Assembly: GCF_004010195.1 (NCBI RefSeq)
Contig: NC_057713.1
Span: 81,073,164 to 81,137,163, forward strand
Direction: 5' to 3'
Origin: Chiloscyllium plagiosum
Taxonomy: Eukaryota
DNA: 64,000 nucleotides
The number at the start of each line of letters is the position of its first letter. Position 1 is the stretch's first letter. Below are positions 48,147 to 60,485 of this stretch, in pieces. The notes beneath the pieces are model-generated. The model did no database searches, had not been told where the DNA came from, and was given only the letters and a program-made list of their open reading frames with translations. The translations under genes and the position numbers were made by a program.

Positions 48147-50250
48147 TATAGCATAGGAACAATCCTTCGGTCCTTCAAGCCTGCGCCAATCCAGATTCTC
48201 TATCTAACCTGTCACCAATTTTCCAAGGATCTGTATCCTTCTGCTCCCTGCCCATTCATGTGACTGTCTAGATACATCTTAAATGACACTATTGTACCTG
48301 CCTCTATCACCTCTGCTGACAATGCATTCCAGCCACTCACCACCCTCTGCATAAACAACTTTCCACACATTTCTCCCTTAAATGTTTTCCCTCTCACCTT
48401 GAACTCATGACTCCTAGTAATTGAGACCCCACTCTGGGAAAAAGCTTCTTGCTATCCATGCTGTCTATACCTCTCATGATTTTGTAGACCTCCATCAGGT
48501 TCCCCCCTCAACCTCCATCTTTCTCATGAAAATAATCTGAACATACTCAACCTCTCTTCATAGCGAGCGCCCTCCATACCAAGCAACATCCTGGTGAACC
48601 TCCTCTGTACCCTCTCCAAAGCATCCACATCCTTTTGGTAATGTGGCAACCAGAACTGTACTCATATTCCAAATGTGGACAAACCAAAGACCTAAACAAC
48701 TGTAACATGACCTGCAACTCTTGTACTCAATACCCCATCCAATGAAGGAAAGCATGCTGTATGTCTTCTTTATCACACTATCGATCTGCATTGGCACCTT
48801 CAGGGTACAATGGACCTGAACACCCAGATCTTTCAGTATGTCAATTTTTCCCAGGATGTTTCCATTTACTGTATAGTTTGTTCTTGAATTGGATCTTCCA
48901 AAATGCATCACCTCAAATTTGTCTGGATTGAACACTATCTGCCATTTCTCTACCCAACTTTCCAATCTATCTATATTCTGCTGCATTCTCTGACAGTCCC
49001 CTTCACTATCTGCCACTCCACAAATCTTATTGTCACCTGCAAACTTGCTAATCAGACCACCAATACTTTCCTCCAGATCATTTATGTATATCTCAAACAA
49101 TAGTGATCCCAACATGTATATGACATCTACAGCCCTTCCCTAATCAATCAACTTTGTCACTTCCTCAAATATTTCTATTAAGTTGGTAAGACATGACTTT
49201 CCCTGCACAAAACCATGCTGCCTATCACTGATAAGCCCATTTTCTTCCAAATGTAAATAGATCCTATCCCTCACTATCTCCTCCAGCAGCTCCCTACCAG
49301 TGATGTCAGGCTTAGTGGTCTATAATTACCTGGACTCTCCTTGCTACCCTTCTTAAACAAGGGGACAACATTAGCAATTCTCCAGTCCTCCAGGACATTA
49401 CCCATGTTCAAGGCTGCTGCAAAGATATCTGTTAAGACTGCAGCTATTTTCTCTCTCACTTACCTCAGTAAACTGGGATAGATCCCATCCAGACCAGGAG
49501 ACTGTCCACCTTAACGCCTTTTAGAATACACAACACTTCCTCCCTCCTTATTCCAACTTGACCTAGAGTAATCAAACATCTATCCCTAACCTCAACATGC
49601 ATCATGTCCCTCCCCTCGGTGAATGCCGATGCAATGTACTCATTAAGAATCTCACCCATTTTCTCTGATTCCATGCATAACTTCCCTCCTTTGATTTTGA
49701 GTGGGCCAATCCTTTCTCTAGTTACCCTCTCGCTCCTTATATATGAATAAAAGGCTTTCGGATTTTCCTTAATCTTGTTTACTAAATATATTTCATGACC
49801 CCTTTTAGACCTCTTAATTCTTTATTTCCGTTTGGTCTTACTTTTCCGATATTCTCCCAAAGCTTTGTCTGTTTTCAGTCGCCTAGACCTTATGTATACT
49901 TCCTTTTTCCTCTTAGCTGGTCTCACAATTTCACCTATCATCTATTGTTCCCTAAACTTGCTGTTTCTGACCCTCATTTCACAGAGACATGTCTGTCCTA
50001 CAGTCAAATCAACGTCTCTTTAAAAGCCTCCCACATATCAAATGTGGATTTACCATTATATAGCTGCTCCCAATTCACATTCCCCAGCTCCTGCCGAATT
50101 TTGCTATAGTTGGCCTTGCCCCAGTTTAGCAGTCTTCCTTTAGGAAAGTCTAGCCTTTGTCCATGGGTATTTTAAAACTTACAGAATTGTGATCACTATT
50201 CCCAAAGTTATCCCCAACTGAAACTTCAACCAACTGGCCGGCTCATTTCA
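48147..50250 (-). mobile_element. CR1 LINE, ~2.1 kb 3' portion with RT domain (frameshifted, internal deletions)
   Basis: ORFs with LGSLLFEIYINDLEE..ISKFAGDNKI...DKFEVMHFG, DWRIANVVPLFKKGSK..PGNYRPLSLTS and FMQRVVSGWNAL. Confidence 0.93.
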
Positions 50251-52379
50251 CTGTCCAAATATATCAGTTCATTCACCTTCCCAGAATGCCATTCAACTGC
50301 TCTCGCTCAGCTCAGCTGCAGAAATGACCATTCAACATCTGCTGTCTGACTCTTCCAGACTTGCAAGAACCAAATCCCAAGTGCTAACCTCATTAATAGC
50401 CAACTTCTGCTATTTGTTTAAGCATAATGATTTTCCAAGATGATTGTGTCTGCACAAACCCTTCATAATCAAGGTTTAGCCTGAAATTAACTTCTAGGTG
50501 TTGCCTCACAGATAAACAAATGCATGTTTAATTTATTCTTTTCACTTTACCACAAGTTGTTTCCCAAAGTCCAATGGTCATCTTCAACTCACAATTTCCA
50601 GTTCACAGCTCCCAACCAAAATTGATAAAAGAATAATAACAAAAATAATGAAAAGTAGGCAAAGGTTATAACATTCCTGAGTCTAGAGTATCTCGTGCCA
50701 TGTCAGCAAGTACACTTTGCAAATAGAATGCAAGTGGGTGAATGGAGATCACATACTGCTCCACAAAAGTTGCATCAAATCAACATTTGAGTGCTAAAGC
50801 CAGCACATTTCTCTATTTCAGTGGTTCTAAGTAAATTCCAATTGTATTAATCAGGAAATTAGGTGATGACATCGGACTTTGAAACAGACATGTCTCATTA
50901 GTACAGCACCCATTTAGCATGATTTCCCAAAGTAATTCTGACAATCTGATGGTAGCTTCAATGAATACATTGTTGGAATCATCCACATTGCTCCTTTTCT
51001 GCATTCAAGGAGGTTTTGAAATCATATGGTGTTTTTAATTGACAAGACAGGTGGATATCAGGAGGGTTAGCAGTTAAATGCCCCAACTTACCTAGCAGAC
51101 TTCGAGCCACCCAGCACCCATGGGCGACAAATTTCACATCCATTTCTTCATTTCTTGACTGCTTGTCTTAAGGTGGGAGAGATTTCAGCACATGTGGAGA
51201 TCATATAATCTCATTATGCCTTAAGTGCTTGTTTTAACACCACGCCAAGCAAGCAAGGTTTTGCATCTTTCCCACCAGGTAGCATCACGTAAGAGGATCT
51301 GAACAGAAGAGACAAGTTCATATAGGTTTCTGGACTTTCCTTGAAGGGTCTTGACTTCCTGCAAGACACTCCTGTGATGTCCTCACCATGGTGCTTGTCC
51401 ACAGGCTACCCGATGTTCTTTCAACCAATGACTAGTGATGTGCTGTACCTAATCTGATGTTACTAAGCGCATTCTGCCACTCACCAGAGTTATTCCAGAA
51501 TTACTATCAGAACTAGAGAAATCAAGATTTCATCATCAATTTACAATGTAACCAGATAGTTAACTAGTATTATTCCAGTACACACATAACCCTCTAAACA
51601 ACTCAAAAACATTGGCTTGATGCTGTCATTAAGTGGGCAAAAATCACATCAAAATATTTTGTCCTTTCCAGCTTTGCTCATGCATATGTATTTGCACTTA
51701 AAAGGATTTGATGTGGTTCTGTAATTTTCTGTTTTCTTTATGTCATTGTGTGTGAGCTTAAAACCTAACAATTATCCAAAATGAAAGGGCCTCCTTGTCA
51801 GTAACCACATATATGATGCATTTTTGCAGGAAGCCAGAGGAACACACAAGAATATATCTGAACACAAGAATAAAACATCTGGCAAGTTCTCTCTGGCAAT
51901 AGTGATACTCCCCATCAAGTAACCTCCTCTGTTAAATGGAAACTTTCACAGTATTTGATCTGTTTCTTTAGTACATCACCAGATGATGTCAGGGGTAGTC
52001 AATCCGTCTACAAGCTTTTAGTCTCTAGTTTGATCTAAAGTCAGACAAGCTTGAGTCTGATCCAATTTAATACCCAATGCTCTGCCTTCATTCGTCTAAC
52101 TCAATGACAATGTGAAGACGACATGCAATTACAATTTAAGCTTCTTTCCACGTTGTAAATGGAATATTTCTGAATCATTCCAAGTTTAAATGGAAAAAAA
52201 ATACATTTCTATTTTCCCTGTTGACTCTGACACAGTTCTTCTCCTGCCCTGACCCACTATTCAGTGATTATTTCTTTCTGCCTCGTGAATTCACATGATT
52301 TTAAGTAATAAACAATATGTACATGAAATAAAGTTATTGAAGCAGACCTTCATTAGCTTTTTTCAGGTCATCAGAAGTA

Positions 52380-52732
52380 AATTAGAATTAGAATCCCTAC
52401 AGTGTAGAAACAGGCCTTTTGGTCCAACAATTTCACACCGACCCTCTGAAGAATAACCCACGCAGCCCCATGCCCCCACCCTATATTTACCCCTGACTAA
52501 TGCATCTAACCTAGACACCCCTGAACACTATGGGCAATTTAGCATGGCCAATTCACCTAACCTGTTCATCTTTGGATTATGGGAGGAAACCAGAGCACCC
52601 AGAGGAAACCTATGCAGACATGGAGAGAATGTGCAAACTCCACACAGGCAGTCACCCGAGGCTGGAATCAAACTCCGGTGCCTGGCGCTGTGAGGCAGCA
52701 GTGCTAACCATTGAGGCACCATGCCACCCATG
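52380..52732 (-). mobile_element. HE1-type V-SINE, near full length
   Basis: tRNA head gggtggcatggtgcctcaatggttagcactgctgcctcacagcgccagg...tttgattcc, V-domain, and tail ending tgtagggattctaattctaa. Confidence 0.9.
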
Positions 52733-53239
52733 CAGTATGTTCAGTACCAAAGGGAAATACCAATAAAAACAAATTACTACTTGGAAATGAGCGTACTGCT
52801 CAGGCTGCAGCATGGTTCGGAGGTATCCAAAACACGTCAGATCAGTATGCATCATTCGTAAGTTTTACTGGTTTTTCTTGTAGATTCTGAAAGCAGGCAC
52901 ACTGATTCAATACACAAATAATGTGTCCACTCAAAGTAAAAAAGGCAATGTATAAACTTTGTGCTGCCTGCTAATGTAAACAATAATGGCAAACAGTCCA
53001 GCAATAAATGTGCACATCTTAACAGAAGGTCCAAATTTCTTGCAAGGTTAGCACTGCTTAAATCTAGCTGTCACCATATAAAACCAACCTGCACCTCTTA
53101 GAGTGAAGATGAGTTCACATTGCAGCTGGTGGTGGAAGTAGTTGAGGAAGAGAACCTGATCAACAGGAAGAATGAAGATGTGACTGCAATATGGTAGTGG
53201 GCTCCCTGATTTTTTGATGCAGCACCACGGTGTGGGAGG

Positions 53240-54720
53240 TACACAGGCAGATGAATGTCCTTCATCCACTGGGGTTAGGATAGAGGGGTCAATGAAAGCA
53301 GTGGCAATCCAAGGTCTTGGGGCAGCACTGCAAGAGGTTTAATGACCTTACACAAGTAATCATCTTCAGGTGCCATCTTCCTTTTTGGGAACCACCAACC
53401 TCATGCAATGTTTAATTAACTGCACACCTTCTCTCACTTGCCAATAATCTCCATCAATGGGGATTCATACCTAACATTCAGAACTTTATCCTAGCCTCAC
53501 CGACCATTGGAAGCCTGACACACCTCACAGCTTGCACATACAGCCAACTATTCAACATGATAACCACATCATCTTAATACATTGCACCATGTTCACTCAC
53601 ACACCTCCCTCTCTCTTATAGAACAGAATGGCACAGTGCTGGAGGTAGCAGCAGCTAACCTGTCGTGGAATAGGCATGATACATGCACATGACCTTTGGA
53701 GGAGTCAGTACCATTGGAATAGCCATGTCTGAAGCCATTGCCAGTCATGGTTCTGAAGCCATAGAAGAGGACATTGTCTTCCTAGCCATTTCTCATCTTC
53801 AAATTCCCCTTCACCCCACAACTCTACAGATGTACAAGGTATAGATAGTGTCAGTACAAATTACTATCTTTCCTGTTCTCATCACAACCCTACCCTTGTG
53901 TCTTTTTCTCTTCAGGTACCCAAGAACTACCGTCTGGGACTACGGAGTTGTGCAGGAGCATGGAAGCCAAGCTGGACATGATCAAGAAACAGATGAAAAA
54001 ACACTGACAGCCACCAGCTCAGAAACTGATGCTGCATTGCACATAGTGAGTCACAGGTTACAAATGACCTGCAGCTGACACAGAGGTAAGAAATATGTTG
54101 GTGCCATTCAGTGGCCGGTAAGGTCACACACAAGTTTAACTGCAGAGTGAGGCCCAAGTGAGGGCTCTGATAGGAAGGTGCAGTTAAATTCCTGGTGTGT
54201 AAGTCGGTCTTTTAAAAAACAGTGTCTCAATGTCAAGGAACCACGAGCCAGTCCAGCTGTACGGCAGGATATATGCAGAGTCTGGAGACTTTCCATCCCA
54301 GGTTGTACATGGTGGTCAACTCGATCATACCGCAGTGTTCTAAGGCCGTGTCTCAGTTTATGGCACAAGCAGCACCCCGAGTGCTTCACAGTCAAGGTCT
54401 TGCCATCATCTTAATACATTGTTCCACCATGTTCACTCACATGCTTAGAAAACTGCTGCTGCAGACAGGGATTGCAGAATCTGGCAGCAATTCAGAACTC
54501 TATGCTGCTGCAGCCTCCTACTCCTGTCGCTGACCCAGTGATCTAGGGTCATGGCTCCATACTATATAACCCTGACAGTCTCTTTCAGGATGACAGCAAT
54601 CATGATGCTACTACTGTTATCCCACCAGTGTCCCTGCTGTTGCTCATCAATCAGCCCAGGCTAGGTGGTCGCTCAGTAATTATATCAGTGGACTCGGAAT
54701 TCAGAAAGAACAACTCATTA
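53240..54720 (+). pseudogene. Remnant of a Harbinger accessory Myb/SANT-like gene (multi-exon)
   Basis: cactgcaagaggtttaatgaccttaca = HCKRFNDLT (Myb-like C.KRFNDL motif), followed by a GT donor. Pyrimidine-rich acceptors at ~53620 and ~53915. Confidence 0.45.
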
Positions 54721-57700
54721 TATTATTTTCTGCCTCTGCTGCTCCTGCCTCTCTTGCTCCAAACTAAGGGGAATTGCAATTGCCACACCTTCCCACTTGC
54801 TGAACGCACTCATAGCTATGCAGGGTTAAAAGAAGGAGTCAGTTGGAGCAGGGAGGTTGAAAATGGCTGGGCTGCCATCAAATCAGGGCTTTAAGAGGAT
54901 TGACATCCATAACCTGCCTATTCCTCAATCTTCCAGTGTTATTCCAACTGCCCTCACCAAGGTAGCATTAAGCATAGGCAGCGTATGTGCATAAGCGAAA
55001 CACATTGGTACCATAATGGAACTGATATTACAAGTCCAATTTCACAGCTATAGAAAGGCTTTACATCTGAGATGAACTGATATACATTAAATTATATTAT
55101 ATATTTTTTAAAATTATCACTGAGATTTTCAAGCATGTTTATGCTAAGAATAGTCTGGAATATGTCAAAATGTGAGATGCCAACTTAAGATTTGAAGAAG
55201 TGAAGAAACAAGATTGGCAAAACTACATACAAACAAAATTCCATTTAATTGGTGGTTTACACAACAGAACTCCTTGTATTTTAAATTTTTAGGCCTTTCA
55301 GGAAATAATATCAAATTTAAAACACATTTAAGTCGAAAAAATTATAGCAGCCACAAAAATTGTAGCTGGTTATTTTCCATTCCAATAAGATATTTTATTT
55401 AGTTTCTATTTATGCACATAAACAGCCAATAAAAATGTAAATACCTTTTCCACCAGTCTCTATAGTTAGAGTCTCAAGAGGACAGTTGACATCAGCTCAG
55501 TGAGTCAATCTATTCTTTTAGGGAAGACAGGTCCTTGCTACACATAAGACGCTACATTACACAAATAATTTTGTAACCACAAGAAATTAGATCCACCTAT
55601 CCTTTGCTAACAGAAATCACACTGATTTTCCGAGATTTCATTGAGGGGACCCTGTCCGTAGACAATTTAAATTCCTATTAGTATTGGGATACAGTTATGA
55701 AATACTGCAAAAAATGTAATTATTTAAATAGCTACAAAACCACCTTAACCCTCCCCAACATGGCAAAGAATAAATAAACTATGCCGATGGTTTCATCTAA
55801 TTCAATACAGATGTCTTGTCAGACAGGGCATGTGCAAAAATACCATTTACATAAATAAATTAAAGACAATTGTATTCAAAGGGTGGTTTATTATACATTT
55901 TAAAGACAAAAACACGGGAAATTCACAGCAGATTTTTTATATTGCCACTTCATCTGAGTATTGTATCCCTGATAATGAGGCCTGAAACTTATGTCTACAG
56001 GATAGTAAGGGTTTATTTTGGACTGATAAAATATTCCAACCCTGTTAAATATGCAGTTTTTGAAAGTGTACAATCACGTTCTTATACTTTCTCCAGTGAT
56101 TCAGTGGGGAGAAACAATCATTCAATTGAATTTTATGACAAAAGAATAAAATTAGACACCACAGTGAATTGTAACTCCTGTTCATTAGATTGATCCCATT
56201 AAAGACTAGTATTTAGCAGTAACAATATTCTCTATGGAATGCTCTCAAATCTGCTGTACCTTGAGCACAACAATGCAGAGGTACAATTGTTCTTGTGTAG
56301 TTGCCCTGAAAGGATGCCTACCAGGGGCCAGCCCAAGAGTTTTTGGCACCCTCAGCAAACTACACCTGAGGCAATTTGCACCACGATAACCACCACCTTT
56401 CTCCAAGTATAGAGTCGGTATTCTATATACAGAGAAATGAGTACAGAGAGAAATGAGAGTTCTAGAATTAAATGTTACCTCTGTTCACTTCCAGCTAATT
56501 AGGCACCAGGCTACCATCTAGTTCACCTATATGGTCAGGCCAGCCTGGAATCAACAAATTAGCAATCCTTTAGACAAGCTGCCAAATTTCCTTTTCACTG
56601 AACAGCCCAGAAATGTTGATGTTGGTTAGACTTTTCAAAATGCCTTACAGCAAATTCCTGATGTCAGTTTTGTCGGGTGAGAAGGCAGCATGGAAAAGAT
56701 ATTGACACATAACCTGCAAGTATGATAATGAGGAAATCTGACAGGCAGTCAAGGGAAATTACACTTGCACAACATTGCAGTTAAGACGGTATTCTTGTAT
56801 CTGGTCAAGTAGGGAAAGTATGTCACCACTTCTATGCTAGAACAAGCTCCAGTCTTTCTGAAAAGAAAGTTTGAGTAGAATAATGGATCTTCCACAATAT
56901 TATATAGTGTAATTTGTAAAATATAACATGTTTCTCATCTATCTCTGTTATCTACATGATACTGAACTATCTGTGTCTGCTATATTCTGCTCCTAATTCT
57001 CTTTAACTTAATTCTTCCTTTTCTCCACTGTCTTTCTCTTCTATTCTTGCAGCTGGTGTTTGGCATGGGGAAAAAAGCCACCAAATACGGTAGACCACAT
57101 TTGAGACCAAAGATTGAGAAGAAATATGTGATTTCTTGTGATTCTTGCCAATTCTTCTCCTAATCATTTGTTCTTTGACAATGTTCATTCTTGAAGAATG
57201 AACTAGGACAGTCTCTAGAGATAATGGAGAACAGCTGATGCTCTTTATAGCATATATTTAAGGCTGTTTTTTGCGATTGCTAGTTTTTAAAAAAGCAAAA
57301 AAAGTAAAGCCATGGTGATCTTGGTGGTGGGAAGACACTCTTTTGTGTGTGATAACACTTCTGGGTAGAACAAAAAGAAGAGAAATCATTTTTTCCTTCA
57401 TGTGGGCCTGTATGTTCCTACCTCTGAACTAGGAAGTCCCACCTGCTCCATAGGTGTGTCATAAAAACCTGAACAGGTTGATTAAAAAAATATCCACAAT
57501 GGCTTGGGGATAAAACACAAAGCTATATTGTCAGCATCTGTTTTAAGAACATATAGATAAAGGTTTCTGAACAAAATAATATAGTTGTGTTTTTCCTTGT
57601 AGCACAGCGGTAGCATGCAAATCAGTGAGCCAGAAGGCCTGGGTTCAAGTCTCATCTGCTCCTGAGATGTATCATTACATTTCTGAATAGTTTGTTTTGA

Positions 57701-57780
57701 AAATATTTCCAAAATAGTTCATGCACTAAAAAGAAACATGAAATAAGGCTTTTTTCCCAGTAAGGGGGGCTGGTCAGGAA

Positions 57781-57806
57781 GGAGAGAAAGAGAGAGAGAG
57801 AGAGAG
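57781..57806. repeat. (GA)n microsatellite
   Basis: ggagagaaagagagagagagagagag. Confidence 0.9.
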
Positions 57807-58534
57807 CGGAAACAGGAGTTGGTATTGAACTATGAAATACAAATAAACAATTATGGAAGACTGACTGACTTTTGCTTCCTGCTTCTGTAAATTGATGACC
57901 AGTACTGTGATATTCTTTGCCTCACTTGAATTAGATCAGTTACCCTATAACCATTACAATGGGAGAATGATAGCTCAGTGGTTAAGAGACTAGCAAATTC
58001 AATGATCAAAAAATACAAGCTCAAACTTCACCATTGAAACTGGGGGATTAAATAGATCTGAATTTACCTAATTAAATAAATCTGGAATAAAAATCTAGTA
58101 ACCGCGGTGACCATGGAACAACTGGAATGTTAGAAAAACTCCACTGATTCGCATACACACTTTAGGAAAGGAAACATTCTGTGCTACCCAATCTGAAAGC
58201 TGGTCTCTAGGCTTACTACCATTTTCTTAAGAGCAATAACCATGTTTCAAGCATATTTTAAAACTTGCTTCATCGTGACTTTTCAACCCTATCATCAACT
58301 TGGTCTCTTCACTTTGCAACTCTATTTTGCCAGGCACATCAACTATCAGCCCCCTCATCCTTCAGTATGTGTTTACATCACACATGGTGTACTATGAATA
58401 ACAACTGATTGTTAAGTATACTGCCTTTCAGGCACAAAAATTTACAGGTCAGTAATACTGGGCCATTAAGTGTAGTTAAGAATGAATTCTGGTTTGTAGG
58501 ATAAAGGCAGTGATAAGTTCAAATCCAATTATCA

Positions 58535-59030
58535 TCAAGTCATACAACACAGAAACAGACCCTTCTGTCCATCTCGACCATGCCGACTAGGATTACCAAA
58601 CTAAACTAGTCTCACTTGCCAGCATTTGTCCCATATCCCTCTAAATCTTTCTGACTCATGTACCTATCCAAATTCTCCTCAATGTTGTAACTGTCCCTGC
58701 ATCTACCACTTCCCCTAGCAGTTTATTCCATGTATAAACCACCCTCTGTGTAAAAAGGTTGATCCTCAGATCCCTTTTAAATCTTCTCCTCTCACCTTAA
58801 AAATATGCCCCCTTGTTTTGAACTCCCCCACCATAGGGAAAAAAACCTTTGTTTAACACCTTATCTATGCCCCTCATGATAAGCCTCTATAAAGTCACCC
58901 TCAACCTCCTAAGCTCAAGCAAATAAAGTTCCCAGCCTATCCAGCCTATCTTTATACCTCAAACCCTCCACACCTGGCAACAACCTGGTAAATCTTTTCT
59001 GAACCCATTCCAATTTAATAATTTCCTCCA
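58535..59030 (-). mobile_element. CR1 3' end fragment
   Basis: LEWVQKRFTRLLPGVEGLRYKDRLDRLG in ORF 58915-59166 plus the CR1 3' UTR. Confidence 0.85.
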
Positions 59031-59226
59031 GGAGAGACTGAGCAAATGTTGCAGAACAGATAACAATCAATAAACAACTGAAAATCAGTAAGATAAAAAT
59101 ACAAAATAGTTGTTGCAACAAAACAAAAGATGTGATGCAACATGCTACTGGCTGGTGCCTATTCATATCCTAAATAACTTCAGCTAAATACATACTATTC
59201 AATAATGTATGTATTAAAATATGAAC

Positions 59227-59441
59227 ATTTCAACAAAACTATTTTGTCCTGCTTTATAATAAAATGTCCAAATTAAAATAGCAAAAAAGGAACAATGCAT
59301 AAAATAGTAACATTAAACAGCATGGGGAAATTTATTTCCCATGCTGTTTAATGTTACTATTTTATGCATTGTTCCTTTTTTGCTATTTTAATTTGGACAT
59401 TTTATTGACAATAAAGCAGGACAAAATAGTTTTGTTGAAAT
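59227..59441. repeat. Near-perfect inverted duplication (hairpin, ~105-bp arms) of unique AT-rich sequence
   Basis: 59227-59331 is the reverse complement of 59334-59441 apart from a 4-nt and a 1-nt indel. Confidence 0.95.
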
Positions 59442-59870
59442 TTATTTCCCCATCATCTAACACATTTACAACACTTTTATTGCCCCATGGCAACATTAGT
59501 TCTGCTGATTTTGTGGGTAGTTGAAGCACCAATCTGATTAAATGCAGGTCAAAGATCAACAACACCATTTGGACCCCCAAAGCAATGGTTCATATCCTAC
59601 TTAGACTGATAACTCAGTAAAATCCAAACATTCAGAAGACATTTTCTCATGTAAATTTGACAAGAATACTTATGAAGCTCAGAGGACAAAGAATCCTTTG
59701 CTGTTGCCTGCAAAATGTTGATAGTAGTGCATTCCCCAACTTTCCCCGGCCCAAGCTGCTTACCCTCCCACACAAACCCACAATGTGTGATAGTTACTGT
59801 CATAATTTCACATTTATTTTCACTAGAAGTCAAGTTTGTTTATCAAACTAAAGGTAAACTTGATGGTCCT

Positions 59871-60485
59871 TGTTATGGACTAGGCCAGACCACTCAAAAC
59901 ATTCTTGAGCAGCAAACCCAGACCATAATTTTGCAATTTGTTTTGGTAAGTGTACAGTGAATATTACCCGGAGTAAGCCGGCTAGGTTGACTACTAGGTT
60001 TGAAAACAGACAAATGTATTCACGAAATTACACAATGAAACACAAAACAGAATTCAGTCTATCCAAATTAGATTTAATTATGTTGTTCTGAATATACACA
60101 ACAGTCCCAATAAGCAAACCCCCTTACAACACAATTAAAAGTGGAGCAGATGCTTACAGGTTGTAGTTAGAATAGCAGAAAGAGAGAAAGAGAGTTTCCA
60201 CACAGCTCACTGTTGAACTCCTAACTAGTTCTGGACTGAACATCTTAGCTAGAGAGCTGAACCCTCCCCTTTCATTGTACAGGTCACTTCTAAAACATGA
60301 CCACTATAGCCTGAAGTCTCATCTGTTTACATATAAACAAAAAAGCCTTTCAATACTCATTAATCTCTGTACCAAGCCAGTCTAATTGGCACCGGAGCGT
60401 TTACAACCCTTCTGAGAAAAACCAAGGATATAGTATCCTTGTGAAAAGGAACAGCTTTTAGAAAAAAGGAACCAGCTTAATGACA
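59871..60485 (-). mobile_element. 3' LTR of a Gmr1-type Gypsy element
   Basis: Minus strand runs TGTCA...ATAACA (615 bp), immediately after the polypurine tract aaggggggag (~60487-60496). Confidence 0.85.

Noticed and set aside
52660-52732. tRNA genes (A/B-box sequences here and at ~23200-23282, 27417 and 57600)
   Set aside because: They are SINE heads continuing into SINE bodies, with no complete cloverleaf.
56322-56547. Possible hAT-type MITE (caggggccagcc...ggccagcctg)
   Set aside because: TIRs are too degenerate and no 8-bp TSD is visible.
57053-57162. Strong polypyrimidine acceptor followed by LVFGMGKKATKYG...
   Set aside because: Isolated, with a weak donor and an unrecognised peptide.
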